Below the pieces are notes generated by a model. The model saw only the letters and a list, made by a program, of their open reading frames with translations. It was not told the DNA's origin and searched no databases. Positions 55,076 to 64,000 of a stretch of DNA of 64,000 nt are shown here, piece after piece; the stretch's first letter is position 1, and each line of letters opens with the position of its first letter. The position numbers and the translations under genes were made by a program. The stretch comes from Parvularcula sp. (GTDB lineage Bacteria; Pseudomonadota; Alphaproteobacteria; Caulobacterales; Parvularculaceae), in assembly GCA_002704915.1 (NCBI GenBank), contig PAIP01000034.1, forward strand, positions 5,827 to 69,826, read 5' to 3'.

Positions 55076-56652
55076 CCATGAATAATCAGGGCCGTCCCAC
55101 AAAAGCGAGCGACGCGATGGAAACCAACGTCAACACCTTTACCGGCAACAAGGCGCTGATGATCGAGGAGGCGCTGTCCTTCGAGGTCGGCGATCTTTCG
55201 GGAAGCGGCGTGGATCTGCCCGAAGCGAAAAACAAGACCAACCGCCTCGGCGGGTTGGAGCGCAACACCGACATCGGATTGCCTGGCCTGTCCGAGCCCG
55301 AGGCTATGCGTCACTTCGTGCGTCTCTCACAAAAGAACTACGCCATCGACATGGGGCCGTTTCCGCTCGGCTCCTGCACCATGAAACACAATCCGCGCCT
55401 TAATGAAAAAGTCGCGCGGCTGCCCGGTTTCGCGGACCTTCACCCGCTGGCGCCGGAAAGCGCGGCGCAGGGCGCGCTCGAACTGATCGACACGCTCGCC
55501 TTTTGGCTGAAGGAACTCACCGGCATGCCCGCCGTCGCCATGTCGCCGAAAGCCGGCGCCCATGGCGAGCTGTGCGGCATGATGGCGATCAAGGCGGCGC
55601 TCGAAGCGCGCGGCGAGGCGGACAAACGCGTTCGCGTCCTGGCGCCGGAATCCGCACACGGAACGAACCCGGCGACAGCGGTGCAATGCGGCTTCAAGGT
55701 TGAGGCTATTCCCGGCGACAAGACGGGCCGCGTCGATTTGGAAGCCTTGAAAGCCAAGCTGGGCGACGATGTCGCCGGCATCATGGTGACGAACCCCAAT
55801 ACCTGCGGCCTCTTCGAGCGCGATATTCGCGCCATCGCCGATGCGGTGCATGAAGCGGGTGGGTACTTTTATTGCGACGGCGCCAATTTCAACGCCATCG
55901 CCGGCAAGGTGAAGCCCGGCGATCTCGGCGTCGACGCCATGCATATCAATCTTCACAAGACCTTCTCGACGCCCCATGGCGGCGGCGGTCCGGGCGCAGG
56001 GCCCACGGTCCTGTCAGATGCACTCGCGCCTTTCGCGCCGTTGCCTTATGTCTTTCTCGAAGATGGAAAATACAGGCTCGTTGAAACGCTGCACCACGCG
56101 GAAGCGGAAGATAGTGGCGAAACCCTCGGGCGCCTCACCGCTTTTCACGGCCAGATGGGCATGTTCGTGCGCGCGCTTTCCTACATGATGAGTCATGGAC
56201 GCGACGGGCTGAAACAGGCGTCGGAAGATGCGGTGTTGAACGCCAATTATGTGCTGGCGCGCCTCAAGACGGAAATGACGCCGTCTTTCGATGGCCCTTG
56301 CATGCACGAAGCGTTGTTCGATGACCGTTTCCTGAAAGACACCGGCGTCGAGACCATCGATTTCGCGAAGGCGATGATCGACGAGGGCTATCATCCCATG
56401 ACCATGTACTTTCCGCTGGTGGTGCATGGCGCCATGCTGATCGAGCCGACGGAATCGGAATCGAAGCGAGAGCTCGATCTTTTCTGCGACGCGCTCCTGT
56501 CCCTCGCCAAGCGCGCCAAGGCGGGCGACGACGTGGCGGCGTTCAAGGCCGCGCCGGTCTACGCCCCGCGCCGGCGGCTCGATGAAACTGCGGCAGCGCG
56601 CCATCCGGTGCTTCGCTGGACGCCGCCGCAACAGGCCGAAGCGGCCGAATAA
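55072..56652 (+). CDS. gcvPB: glycine dehydrogenase (decarboxylating) subunit 2
   Basis: [11 protein letters not shown]...[19 protein letters not shown] contains the PLP-lysine region. It overlaps gcvPA by 4 nt. Confidence 0.92.
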   Translation: MTMNNQGRPTKASDAMETNVNTFTGNKALMIEEALSFEVGDLSGSGVDLPEAKNKTNRLGGLERNTDIGLPGLSEPEAMRHFVRLSQKNYAIDMGPFPLGSCTMKHNPRLNEKVARLPGFADLHPLAPESAAQGALELIDTLAFWLKELTGMPAVAMSPKAGAHGELCGMMAIKAALEARGEADKRVRVLAPESAHGTNPATAVQCGFKVEAIPGDKTGRVDLEALKAKLGDDVAGIMVTNPNTCGLFERDIRAIADAVHEAGGYFYCDGANFNAIAGKVKPGDLGVDAMHINLHKTFSTPHGGGGPGAGPTVLSDALAPFAPLPYVFLEDGKYRLVETLHHAEAEDSGETLGRLTAFHGQMGMFVRALSYMMSHGRDGLKQASEDAVLNANYVLARLKTEMTPSFDGPCMHEALFDDRFLKDTGVETIDFAKAMIDEGYHPMTMYFPLVVHGAMLIEPTESESKRELDLFCDALLSLAKRAKAGDDVAAFKAAPVYAPRRRLDETAAARHPVLRWTPPQQAEAAE

Positions 56653-56736
56653 CCGCAACCCTAAAGGTCGCTTCCTCGCTTCACGGGCATGGGCGACGCG
56701 CTATAGGCTCCTCGCGGCTTCACGGGAGGAGCGTAT

Positions 56737-58257
56737 ATGGATTTCATTTCCGCCGTCACCATGCAGGGCATCGGCATTCTGGCGACGCTGTTCGTTTTGA
56801 CCGTCGGTTTTGGGTTGCTCGCCGTCCTCGTGATGTTCGTCATTGACGCCAACCAGTCAAAGGACGCCATCCGCCACAATTTCCCGGTGCTCGGCCGGTT
56901 CCGGAACCTCTTCACGCGGCTCGGCGAGTTTTTCCGGCAATATTTTTTCGCCCTTGACCGGGAGGAAATGCCGTTCAACCGCGCCGAGCGCGACTGGATC
57001 TATAAATCCGCAAGGGGCGGCAACAACACCCTGCCTTTCGGCTCGACTCGCAATCTGACCCTGGTGGGCACGCCGATTTTCATCAATGGCGCATTCCCGC
57101 GCCTCGATGAAGAAGCGTCGGACCCGCCGGCGATTGAATTCGGTCCGTACACGCCCAACCCTTATCGCGCGCCGTCGGTGATCAATGTATCTGCGATGAG
57201 TTATGGATCGCTGTCGAAGCCTGCGGTGCAGGCGCTGTCGCATGGCGCCGCGCTCGCAGGCTGCTGGCTCAATACAGGGGAGGGCGGGCTCGCCCCCTAT
57301 CATCTCGAAGGCGGCTGCGACGTGATTTTCCAGATGGGCACCGCGAAATATGGCTGCCGTGATGAAGCTGGTTTGCTGGATGATAGGAAGCTTGAGGCGA
57401 TTGCGGCGCAGGCCAATGTTAAAATGATCGAGGTGAAGCTGGCGCAGGGCGCAAAGCCGGGCAAGGGCGGCATTCTCCCGGCGGCGAAAGTGACGGAAGA
57501 GATCGCACGAATTCGGCACATCCCTGTGGGCGAGCCGTCGATCTCTCCCAACCGGCACCCGGAAATCGACAATGTGGAAGAGCTTCTGGATTTCATCGCC
57601 CGTGTGCGCAGTGTTTCCAAATTGCCGACAGGATTCAAAACCGTACTGGGCGCCTATGGCTGGGTTGACGATCTTTGCGACGCTATCGACCGGCGCGGGA
57701 TTGAGTCTGCACCGGATTTCATCACGCTGGACGGCGGCGACGGCGGCACGGGCGCGGCGCCGATGTCGTTGATGGATAATGTGGGCTTGCCCTTAAAACA
57801 GGCTTTGCCGATGCTGAGCGACATCCTCATACGCCGGGGCCTGCGCGAGCGGATCAAGATTATCGCTTCCGGAAAGCTTGTGACGCCCGCGGATGTCGCC
57901 TGGGCCTATTGCGCCGGCGCCGATGCGGTGAATACGGCGCGCGGCTTCATGTTTTCCATCGGCTGCATTCAGGCCATGCGCTGCAACACCAATAATTGCC
58001 CCACAGGCGTCACGACCCATAAAAGGCATCTGCAAAACGGTCTCGATCCGAAGGTGAAGGCGAAACACGTGGCGAATTATGTCGAAAAAATGCGCAAGGA
58101 TGTCGCCATGATCGCCCATTCCTGCGGCGCGCCTCACGCCCGTGAACTGAAACCCCTCCATGTGCGCATCCAGCAAGCGGACGGGACGTCTGTCCCCTTG
58201 AATGAGTTGATGGAAAAGCGCCGTCCCAAAGCGCCCCACGAATACCGGGAGGCCTGA
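56737..58257 (+). CDS. FMN-binding glutamate synthase-family protein (GltB domain-2-like) with N-terminal TM segment
   Basis: MSYGSLSKPAVQALSHGA...NTGEGGL...KLAQGAKPGKGGILP...DGGDGGTGAAP motifs. Confidence 0.8.
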   Translation: MDFISAVTMQGIGILATLFVLTVGFGLLAVLVMFVIDANQSKDAIRHNFPVLGRFRNLFTRLGEFFRQYFFALDREEMPFNRAERDWIYKSARGGNNTLPFGSTRNLTLVGTPIFINGAFPRLDEEASDPPAIEFGPYTPNPYRAPSVINVSAMSYGSLSKPAVQALSHGAALAGCWLNTGEGGLAPYHLEGGCDVIFQMGTAKYGCRDEAGLLDDRKLEAIAAQANVKMIEVKLAQGAKPGKGGILPAAKVTEEIARIRHIPVGEPSISPNRHPEIDNVEELLDFIARVRSVSKLPTGFKTVLGAYGWVDDLCDAIDRRGIESAPDFITLDGGDGGTGAAPMSLMDNVGLPLKQALPMLSDILIRRGLRERIKIIASGKLVTPADVAWAYCAGADAVNTARGFMFSIGCIQAMRCNTNNCPTGVTTHKRHLQNGLDPKVKAKHVANYVEKMRKDVAMIAHSCGAPHARELKPLHVRIQQADGTSVPLNELMEKRRPKAPHEYREA

Positions 58258-58305
58258 CCTGCTTTCCGCGCTTTACGGGGACGGGGCGACGAGTAAAGTC
58301 GCGCC

Positions 58306-59823
58306 ATGGCCTGGGAAAAAGAACTCGAAGACTTAAAACGCCGCGCGGCGCTCGCCGAAAAGATGGGCGGACCGGAGAAAGTCGCGCGCCAGCATGAGCG
58401 CGGCAAACTCGACGCGCGCGAACGCCTTCGCCGGTTGCTGGATGACAGTTCGTTCCGGGAAATCGGCAAGATTGCGGGGCGCGGGCGCTATGACGAGCAA
58501 GGCGAGCTGACGGATTTTTCAGCCAGCAATTTTATTTTCGGGCGTGGGCGCATTAACGGCGCGCCGGTGGTCGCGAGCGCAGATGATTTTACGGTTCGCG
58601 GCGGCGCGGCCGATGCGGCGATCCACCGGAAATTCGCAATGGCCGAACAGATGGCCCATGAGCTTCGCTTGCCGCTGATTCGCATGATCGACGGCACGGG
58701 CGGCGGCGGCTCCGTCAAGATGCTCGAAGAGATGGGCTTTACCTATGTGCCCTTCGTTCCCGGCTGGGAACATGTGGTGACAAACCTCAAAACCGTGCCG
58801 GTCGTTGCGCTGGCGCTGGGACCTACGGCGGGGCTGGGCGCCGCGCGCATGGTCGCTTCGCATTATTCAGTGATGGTGCGCGGGCTTTCGCAGATTTTCA
58901 CCGCGGGCCCCGCGGTTGTTTCCGGCCTTGGAACGGGTGAAAATCTCGACAAGGAGCAATTGGGCGGCGCCGACATTCACACGCGCAATGGCGTCATAGA
59001 CGATGAAGCTGAAAGCGAGGATCAGGCCTTCGCCATGGCGCGGGCGTTTCTCTCCTATCTCCCGTCGCATGCGGACGCGCGGGCGGAACGGCGTGAGACA
59101 GGCGACAGACCGGATCGGAAAGAACAGGCGCTTCTCTCCGCTGTCCCGGAAAACAAGCGCGAGGCATATTCCATGCGCAAAATTCTCGAGATGCTCGCCG
59201 ACAGGGGCAGCGTTTTTGAAATGGGAAAGCGCTGGGGCCGCGCGGCGATCACCGCCTTTGCGCGCTTCGACGGCTGGCCGGTTGCGGTGCTCGCCTCCGA
59301 TCCGACTTTTCTCGGCGGGTCATGGACGGCGGACACGGCGGAAAAGGTGCAGCGTTTCGTTCAGCTAGCGGAGCAGTTCCGCCTGCCGGTTATTCACCTC
59401 GTCGACAACCCTGGCTTCATGATCGGACTTGAGGCGGAGCGCGCGGCCACCATCCGCCGCGGCGTCGAAGCCATGAATGAAATTTACGACGCAACCGTGC
59501 CGTGGGCGACGGTGATCATCCGCAAGGCTTATGGGGTTGCGGGCGCCGCCATGTCTGATCATACGCGATTTCAATATCGCTTCGCCTGGCCGTCGGGCGA
59601 CTGGGGCTCGCTGCCTATGGAGGGCGGGGTCGAGGTCGCCTATAAATCGGAACTCGAAAAAGCCGATAATCCGGCGGCGGCGCTCAAAGACATCAAGGAA
59701 AGACTTGCGCGCGTCACCTCGCCGTTCCGCACGGCGGAGCATTTTCTCGTTGAAGACATCATCGATCCGCGCGAGACCCGGCCCTTATTGTGCGAATTTG
59801 CAGAGCTCGCTTACCGTCAATAG
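58306..59823 (+). CDS. acyl-CoA carboxylase carboxyltransferase (beta) subunit
   Basis: A two-domain carboxyltransferase layout (DDFTVRGGAAD...; LVDNPGFMIG...). The length is typical of PccB/MccB-like proteins. Confidence 0.85.
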   Translation: MAWEKELEDLKRRAALAEKMGGPEKVARQHERGKLDARERLRRLLDDSSFREIGKIAGRGRYDEQGELTDFSASNFIFGRGRINGAPVVASADDFTVRGGAADAAIHRKFAMAEQMAHELRLPLIRMIDGTGGGGSVKMLEEMGFTYVPFVPGWEHVVTNLKTVPVVALALGPTAGLGAARMVASHYSVMVRGLSQIFTAGPAVVSGLGTGENLDKEQLGGADIHTRNGVIDDEAESEDQAFAMARAFLSYLPSHADARAERRETGDRPDRKEQALLSAVPENKREAYSMRKILEMLADRGSVFEMGKRWGRAAITAFARFDGWPVAVLASDPTFLGGSWTADTAEKVQRFVQLAEQFRLPVIHLVDNPGFMIGLEAERAATIRRGVEAMNEIYDATVPWATVIIRKAYGVAGAAMSDHTRFQYRFAWPSGDWGSLPMEGGVEVAYKSELEKADNPAAALKDIKERLARVTSPFRTAEHFLVEDIIDPRETRPLLCEFAELAYRQ

Positions 59824-60479
59824 CTCGCTGAGGTTACGCCTTGCGCGCCCGGATAGGGGCCATTGGCGGCGAGAAACGCTCGGTAATCGGCAAGCTCCTC
59901 ATAAGCGACATCGATGTCACGGCGCAAAGGACCGAAAGAGCGTTTGACGCGCTGCTTTTCTTCATTGAGATTTTTCAAATCCGCGAGAATGTCGACGCGC
60001 TCCAGATGTGGCGTCGCCGGAGAAATCAGCGCGGCCTCCGCATGATCGATATTATGATTGATTTCCTGCAGCCGCTTTTCGGCGGCGGCGAAGGCGTGCT
60101 CTGCATGGGCGAGATCGTTTTCCAGAGCGAAAAGCTGATTGCCCTGTTGATAGGCGGTGACGAAGGCGCCTTCCTCGGGGCCGGTGCAGACGCCGTAATA
60201 GCGCCCGCCGCGCGCGCCGATAGAGAAGGCGTTTGAGACCTGGCAATATTCGCGAAGGCCCGCATCGCGGCCTGCGAGATAGGCATTCATGTCAGGCGTG
60301 ACGCCGGCTTTCTTGGCGCAGGCCTGGCGGTGCGAGGACACAGCGCTCGCCGGCGCGCCACGCGCGCCGTCTTCATAACCGATGGCGCGCCAGTCGGCGT
60401 AAAGGCATTCGTCTTTCGACATGCCGCTCGCACAGCCGCCAAGCACCGAAAAGGCCAACAGGAAGGCAGTAATACGCAT
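59817..60479 (-). CDS. DUF2799-like lipoprotein
   Basis: A lipobox (LGGCAS). The repeated C..DW...G..DG and Y..G...YC pattern resembles DUF2799. Confidence 0.65.
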   Translation of the reverse strand: MRITAFLLAFSVLGGCASGMSKDECLYADWRAIGYEDGARGAPASAVSSHRQACAKKAGVTPDMNAYLAGRDAGLREYCQVSNAFSIGARGGRYYGVCTGPEEGAFVTAYQQGNQLFALENDLAHAEHAFAAAEKRLQEINHNIDHAEAALISPATPHLERVDILADLKNLNEEKQRVKRSFGPLRRDIDVAYEELADYRAFLAANGPYPGAQGVTSASY

Positions 60480-60622
60480 GGCTCAAATCCTCTTTTGGAG
60501 GCGAGCCTAGCGCCCTGAAACTTAACAGCCGCCTTTGCCGAAGCGCGGTATTGGTCGTCTGCGCGAAACAGCTTGTTAGGCAGTGGGGCGTCAAACCGGC
60601 GAAATTACGGCGGGATCGGGCC

Positions 60623-61618
60623 TTATTCCACCGTGAGGACAATCTTGCCCGTCGCCTTGCGCTCCTCGATCAGGGCGAGCGCCTTGGCCGCATCCTGCAA
60701 CGGGAAATGCGCAGTGATCCGGGGACGGACTTTTCCTTCTTCATAAAACCGGAACAGCTCGCTGATATATTCGGCGTTCTTCGCCGGGTTGCGCATGGTG
60801 AACGCGCCCCAGAAGACACCGACAATCTGACAGGATTTGAGGAGCGTCAGATTCAAGGGAATGTTCGGAATGCCCGCGGGAAAACCGACAACGAGAAATC
60901 GCCCCTCCCAGGCAAGCGCGCGCAAAGCCGGTTCTGCGTAATCGCCGCCGACAGCGTCATAGACGACATTCGCGCCTTCGCCGCCGCAGAGTTTTTTGAT
61001 TTCGCCCGACAGCGCTTTTTGCGAGTCGCGGTCAAGCTCGCGCGGATAGACAAGCGCCTCATCGGCGCCGAGTTCCTTACAGAATGCTGCTTTGTCTTCG
61101 GAGGAAACGCCGGCGACGACTTTCGCGCCGAACGCTTTGCCGAGCTCGATGGCCGCGGCGCCGACGCCGCCTGCCGCGCCGATGATGAATAGCGATTCTC
61201 CGGGCTGCAGATTGGCGCGATCTTTCAACGCATAATGCGAGGTGCCGTAGGTGAGGAGAAATGCTGCGGCTTCGTCGAAGGGCATCGCATCGGGAATTTT
61301 ATGCACGCTCGCTGCATTGGCGATGAAATGGGTGGCGTAGCCCCCATTCACTCCGGCGGCGAGCACGCGATCGCCAGAGGCGAGACCGTCAACGCCGTCG
61401 CCTACAGCTTCAATGACGCCGGCGACTTCGCCGCCAGGCGCGAAGGGGCGCGGCGGCTTGAACTGGTAAAGATCGCGAATGATGAGCGTATCGGGAAAAT
61501 TGACTCCGGCCGCTTTCACCGCAATGCGCACTTCTCCCTTGCCGGGCTCTGGTGTCGCAACCTCCGTCAGTTTGAGCGCATCCGGCCCGCCCGCTTCGTG
61601 ACTCATCATGGCTTTCAT
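60623..61618 (-). CDS. NADPH:quinone oxidoreductase (MDR/zeta-crystallin family)
   Basis: GVNFPDTLI...GAAGGVGAAAIELGKAFGAKV is the nucleotide-binding motif. Confidence 0.85.
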   Translation of the reverse strand: MKAMMSHEAGGPDALKLTEVATPEPGKGEVRIAVKAAGVNFPDTLIIRDLYQFKPPRPFAPGGEVAGVIEAVGDGVDGLASGDRVLAAGVNGGYATHFIANAASVHKIPDAMPFDEAAAFLLTYGTSHYALKDRANLQPGESLFIIGAAGGVGAAAIELGKAFGAKVVAGVSSEDKAAFCKELGADEALVYPRELDRDSQKALSGEIKKLCGGEGANVVYDAVGGDYAEPALRALAWEGRFLVVGFPAGIPNIPLNLTLLKSCQIVGVFWGAFTMRNPAKNAEYISELFRFYEEGKVRPRITAHFPLQDAAKALALIEERKATGKIVLTVE

Positions 61619-61639
61619 GTGTCGTCCCTTTCTTGATCT

Positions 61640-62221
61640 CTAGTTGACGGCTGCAAATTTTCGGTCTTCGGCGCTCCAGGGTGCAGCGTTTTTGATTTTG
61701 TCCAGCACATCCTCAACATCGTCGGCCACGGACCACATCTCCAGATGCTTTTCATTCATGAAGCGCTCGCGCACGGCCTGTTCCAGAAGCGCGATGGCGT
61801 GCTTGTAATAATTACGGACATTCACAATGACGATGGGCTTGGCGAATAGCCCGAGGCGTTTCCAGGTGATGGCCTCGAACAGCTCTTCGAATGTCCCGCA
61901 GCCGCCGGGGAGGGCGATAACCGCGTCGGCGCGATCAATCATCAGCCTTTTGCGTTCATGCAGGTCATTGACAAGATGAAGGTCTGTCAGTCCCGGGTGG
62001 CCCCATTCAAGATCGTACATGAAACGCGGCAACACGCCTTCGACACGCCCGCCGCGGGATAGCGCGCCGTTGGCGACAGCGCCCATGGAGCCGATGGCGG
62101 CGCCGCCATAAACGGTCGTAGCTCCGGCTTCGCCCAAAATCTCGCCAAGGCGCGTCGCGGCCTTCAGATAATCCGGGTGCGTCTTGGGACTCGATGCGCA
62201 GTAAACCGTCACGCGTTCCAT
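61640..62221 (-). CDS. LOG-family (TIGR00730) nucleotide phosphoribohydrolase
   Basis: VYGGAAIGSMG and the LPGGCGTFEELFE (PGGxGTxxE) motifs. Confidence 0.85.
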   Translation of the reverse strand: MERVTVYCASSPKTHPDYLKAATRLGEILGEAGATTVYGGAAIGSMGAVANGALSRGGRVEGVLPRFMYDLEWGHPGLTDLHLVNDLHERKRLMIDRADAVIALPGGCGTFEELFEAITWKRLGLFAKPIVIVNVRNYYKHAIALLEQAVRERFMNEKHLEMWSVADDVEDVLDKIKNAAPWSAEDRKFAAVN

Positions 62222-62310
62222 AGGCGCCCTTTATCCTTGCTCTTCCCCCGGTTCTTACGCATTCTTCGCCCTCAAAGAAACGGTCAATAACAGATGGAGG
62301 GAGGACGGAA

Positions 62311-62625
62311 ATGCTGTACCGGCTCACTGGAGCGGCGCTGGCCGCGTTAATGCTCGCGGCATGCGCTACGGCGGCCCGCTATACGCTGCAGGATCGTTTT
62401 CGCGCCATCGGCATTCCCGGCGATACGGCGGACTGCATGGTGGGCGAGCTCGAAGACCGGCTTTCCAGCGACGATCTTCAGGACCTTGCGCGCTATACGC
62501 TGCAACTGACGCGCGCCGATTCCACATTCGCCGCGATCCGCTCGCTGATGCAGATCGATAACCCCCGCGCGGTAAAAGCCGTAGGCGCGTCGGGCGTCTC
62601 CTGCGTTACGGGCTTCCGGTTTTAG
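62311..62625 (+). CDS. small putative lipoprotein (104 aa)
   Basis: A signal peptide with an LAACA lipobox. I recognise no family. Confidence 0.5.
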   Translation: MLYRLTGAALAALMLAACATAARYTLQDRFRAIGIPGDTADCMVGELEDRLSSDDLQDLARYTLQLTRADSTFAAIRSLMQIDNPRAVKAVGASGVSCVTGFRF

Positions 62626-62628
62626 GCG

Positions 62629-63999
62629 GTGGATGTGAAAGAAAATACCGACGCGACAGCCGCGCCCGCCGCCGTTTCCCCAGAATCGAAAGGCCGCCTT
62701 TACCGCACTTATGTGCTGCTTCTTTTGACTGCGGTCTACACCTTCAACTTTATCGACCGCCAGATCATCGCCATCCTGTCTCCGGCGATCAAGGTCGATC
62801 TCGGTCTTGCCGACTGGCAATTGGGCGTGCTGAAAGGCTTCGCCTTTGCGGTCCTTTACACGACACTCGGCATACCCATCGCCCGGCTCGCCGACCGCAC
62901 CAACAGGGTCAATATCATTTCCATCGCGCTCGCCCTGTGGTCCGGCTTCACGGCGCTCTCCGGCGTATGTCAGAATTTCGTGCAGCTTGCGCTGGCCCGC
63001 GTCGGCGTCGGCATTGGCGAGGCCGGCGGATCGCCCCCGGCGCATTCCCTGATTTCCGATTACTATCCGAAAGAAAAACGCGCCGGCGCGCTCGGCATAT
63101 ACGCCATGGGCATTCCCGTCGGCGTCGCTTTCGCTTATCTCGCCGGCGGCTGGATTACGCAGACTTTCTCCTGGCGGGTGGCGTTCGCCGTTGTCGGCCT
63201 TCCCGGGCTTATTCTTGCGCTGCTGTTAAAGCTGACCGTGCGCGAGCCCCCGCGCGGCGCAACGGAAGCAGCAAGCGCCAATACCTTCGGCGAGGAAGGC
63301 GGCGCGCGCAGTTTTCTGAGCGAAGTAGGCGTCATTTGGCGCGCCGCGAAACATCTTTTATCGATTCCCACCTACCGCGCTGTTGTATTCGGCACAACGG
63401 CGATTTCCTTTTCCGCCTACGCGAACGGCACCTGGGTCGTCGATTTCTACGCCCGGTCGCATTCAGATTTCAGCCTGCTGACTGTCTTGTTCGCGCTCGG
63501 TCTTATTTCGGGGACGGCCTATGCGCTGGGGACTTTTCTTGGCGGTTATCTTGTGGACAAGCTGGGACAGAAGAGCAAGCGCATGTATGGCTATGTGCCG
63601 GCGATTGCGCTGCTCATTAATGCGCCCTTGTTTCTGGTTGTGCTCTGGCACCCGAGCGCTGTCGTGTCGTTGATTTTCCAAATCCCGGTGCAGCTTACCA
63701 TTGGCTTTTATCTGGGGCCGGCTTTCGCCCTGGCGCAGACGCTGGCGCCGGTCTCGGTGCGGGCGCTTTCGACCGCGATCTTCTTTTTCATCCTGAACAT
63801 GATTGCGCTTGGATTCGGACCGACTACAGCGGGCGTCGTTTCCAGCATTTTATCCGGCGGCATGGGCGAGGAACAGGCCCTGCGCTGGTCGCTGACGATC
63901 GTCTCCGTCGCAGGCTTGATCGGCGCATGGTATTTCTACCTAGTGGCGAAGCGTGTTCCCGCCGATTGGGAAAAAGCTACCGGGGAGAAGGTGGAATGA
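62629..63999 (+). CDS. MFS transporter (Spinster-like subgroup)
   Basis: Twelve-TM-type hydrophobicity and the FNFIDRQIIAILSP...LADRTNR MFS motif A region. Confidence 0.85.
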   Translation: MDVKENTDATAAPAAVSPESKGRLYRTYVLLLLTAVYTFNFIDRQIIAILSPAIKVDLGLADWQLGVLKGFAFAVLYTTLGIPIARLADRTNRVNIISIALALWSGFTALSGVCQNFVQLALARVGVGIGEAGGSPPAHSLISDYYPKEKRAGALGIYAMGIPVGVAFAYLAGGWITQTFSWRVAFAVVGLPGLILALLLKLTVREPPRGATEAASANTFGEEGGARSFLSEVGVIWRAAKHLLSIPTYRAVVFGTTAISFSAYANGTWVVDFYARSHSDFSLLTVLFALGLISGTAYALGTFLGGYLVDKLGQKSKRMYGYVPAIALLINAPLFLVVLWHPSAVVSLIFQIPVQLTIGFYLGPAFALAQTLAPVSVRALSTAIFFFILNMIALGFGPTTAGVVSSILSGGMGEEQALRWSLTIVSVAGLIGAWYFYLVAKRVPADWEKATGEKVE

Positions 64000-64000
64000 C

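Overview
This is a 64-kb, high-GC chromosomal window that looks alphaproteobacterial. Supporting signs are a CpdR-type single-domain response regulator, a HisN-type histidinol phosphatase, a CTTG-N17-CCTATCT RpoH-type promoter with a ROSE-like leader on hsp20, and a tandem glycine riboswitch on gcvT-H-PA-PB. Most of the window is housekeeping or metabolic: sqdB (partial), cysH, rfbA/D/B, a TauE exporter, and a long beta-oxidation operon (acyl-CoA ligase, two ACADs, MaoC hydratase, OsmC, SDR, thiolase). It also holds PhoD, two secreted amidohydrolases, an Fe3+ ABC transporter, a Zur-like regulator, the glycine cleavage system, a carboxyltransferase and an MFS transporter. The accessory part spans 6.1-18.4 kb. 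First, a ~10.0-kb integrative element sits in the 3' end of tRNA-Val(GAC), bounded by a perfect 49-bp direct repeat. It encodes integrase, an Xis/AlpA-like HTH protein, an initiator-like protein with four phased palindromic iterons inside its own gene, and HNH-TerS-TerL. It also encodes a connector-like protein and an HK97 capsid, protease and portal, but no tail, lysis, repressor or polymerase genes. I read it as a capsid-forming PICI-like phage satellite; the alternative is a cleanly deleted prophage. Second, there is one IS200-type insertion. No CRISPR array and no rRNA were seen. The many long ORFs antisense to the called genes are high-GC shadow ORFs and were not called. All functional calls rest on my own motif and family recognition from the translations; no database search was run.
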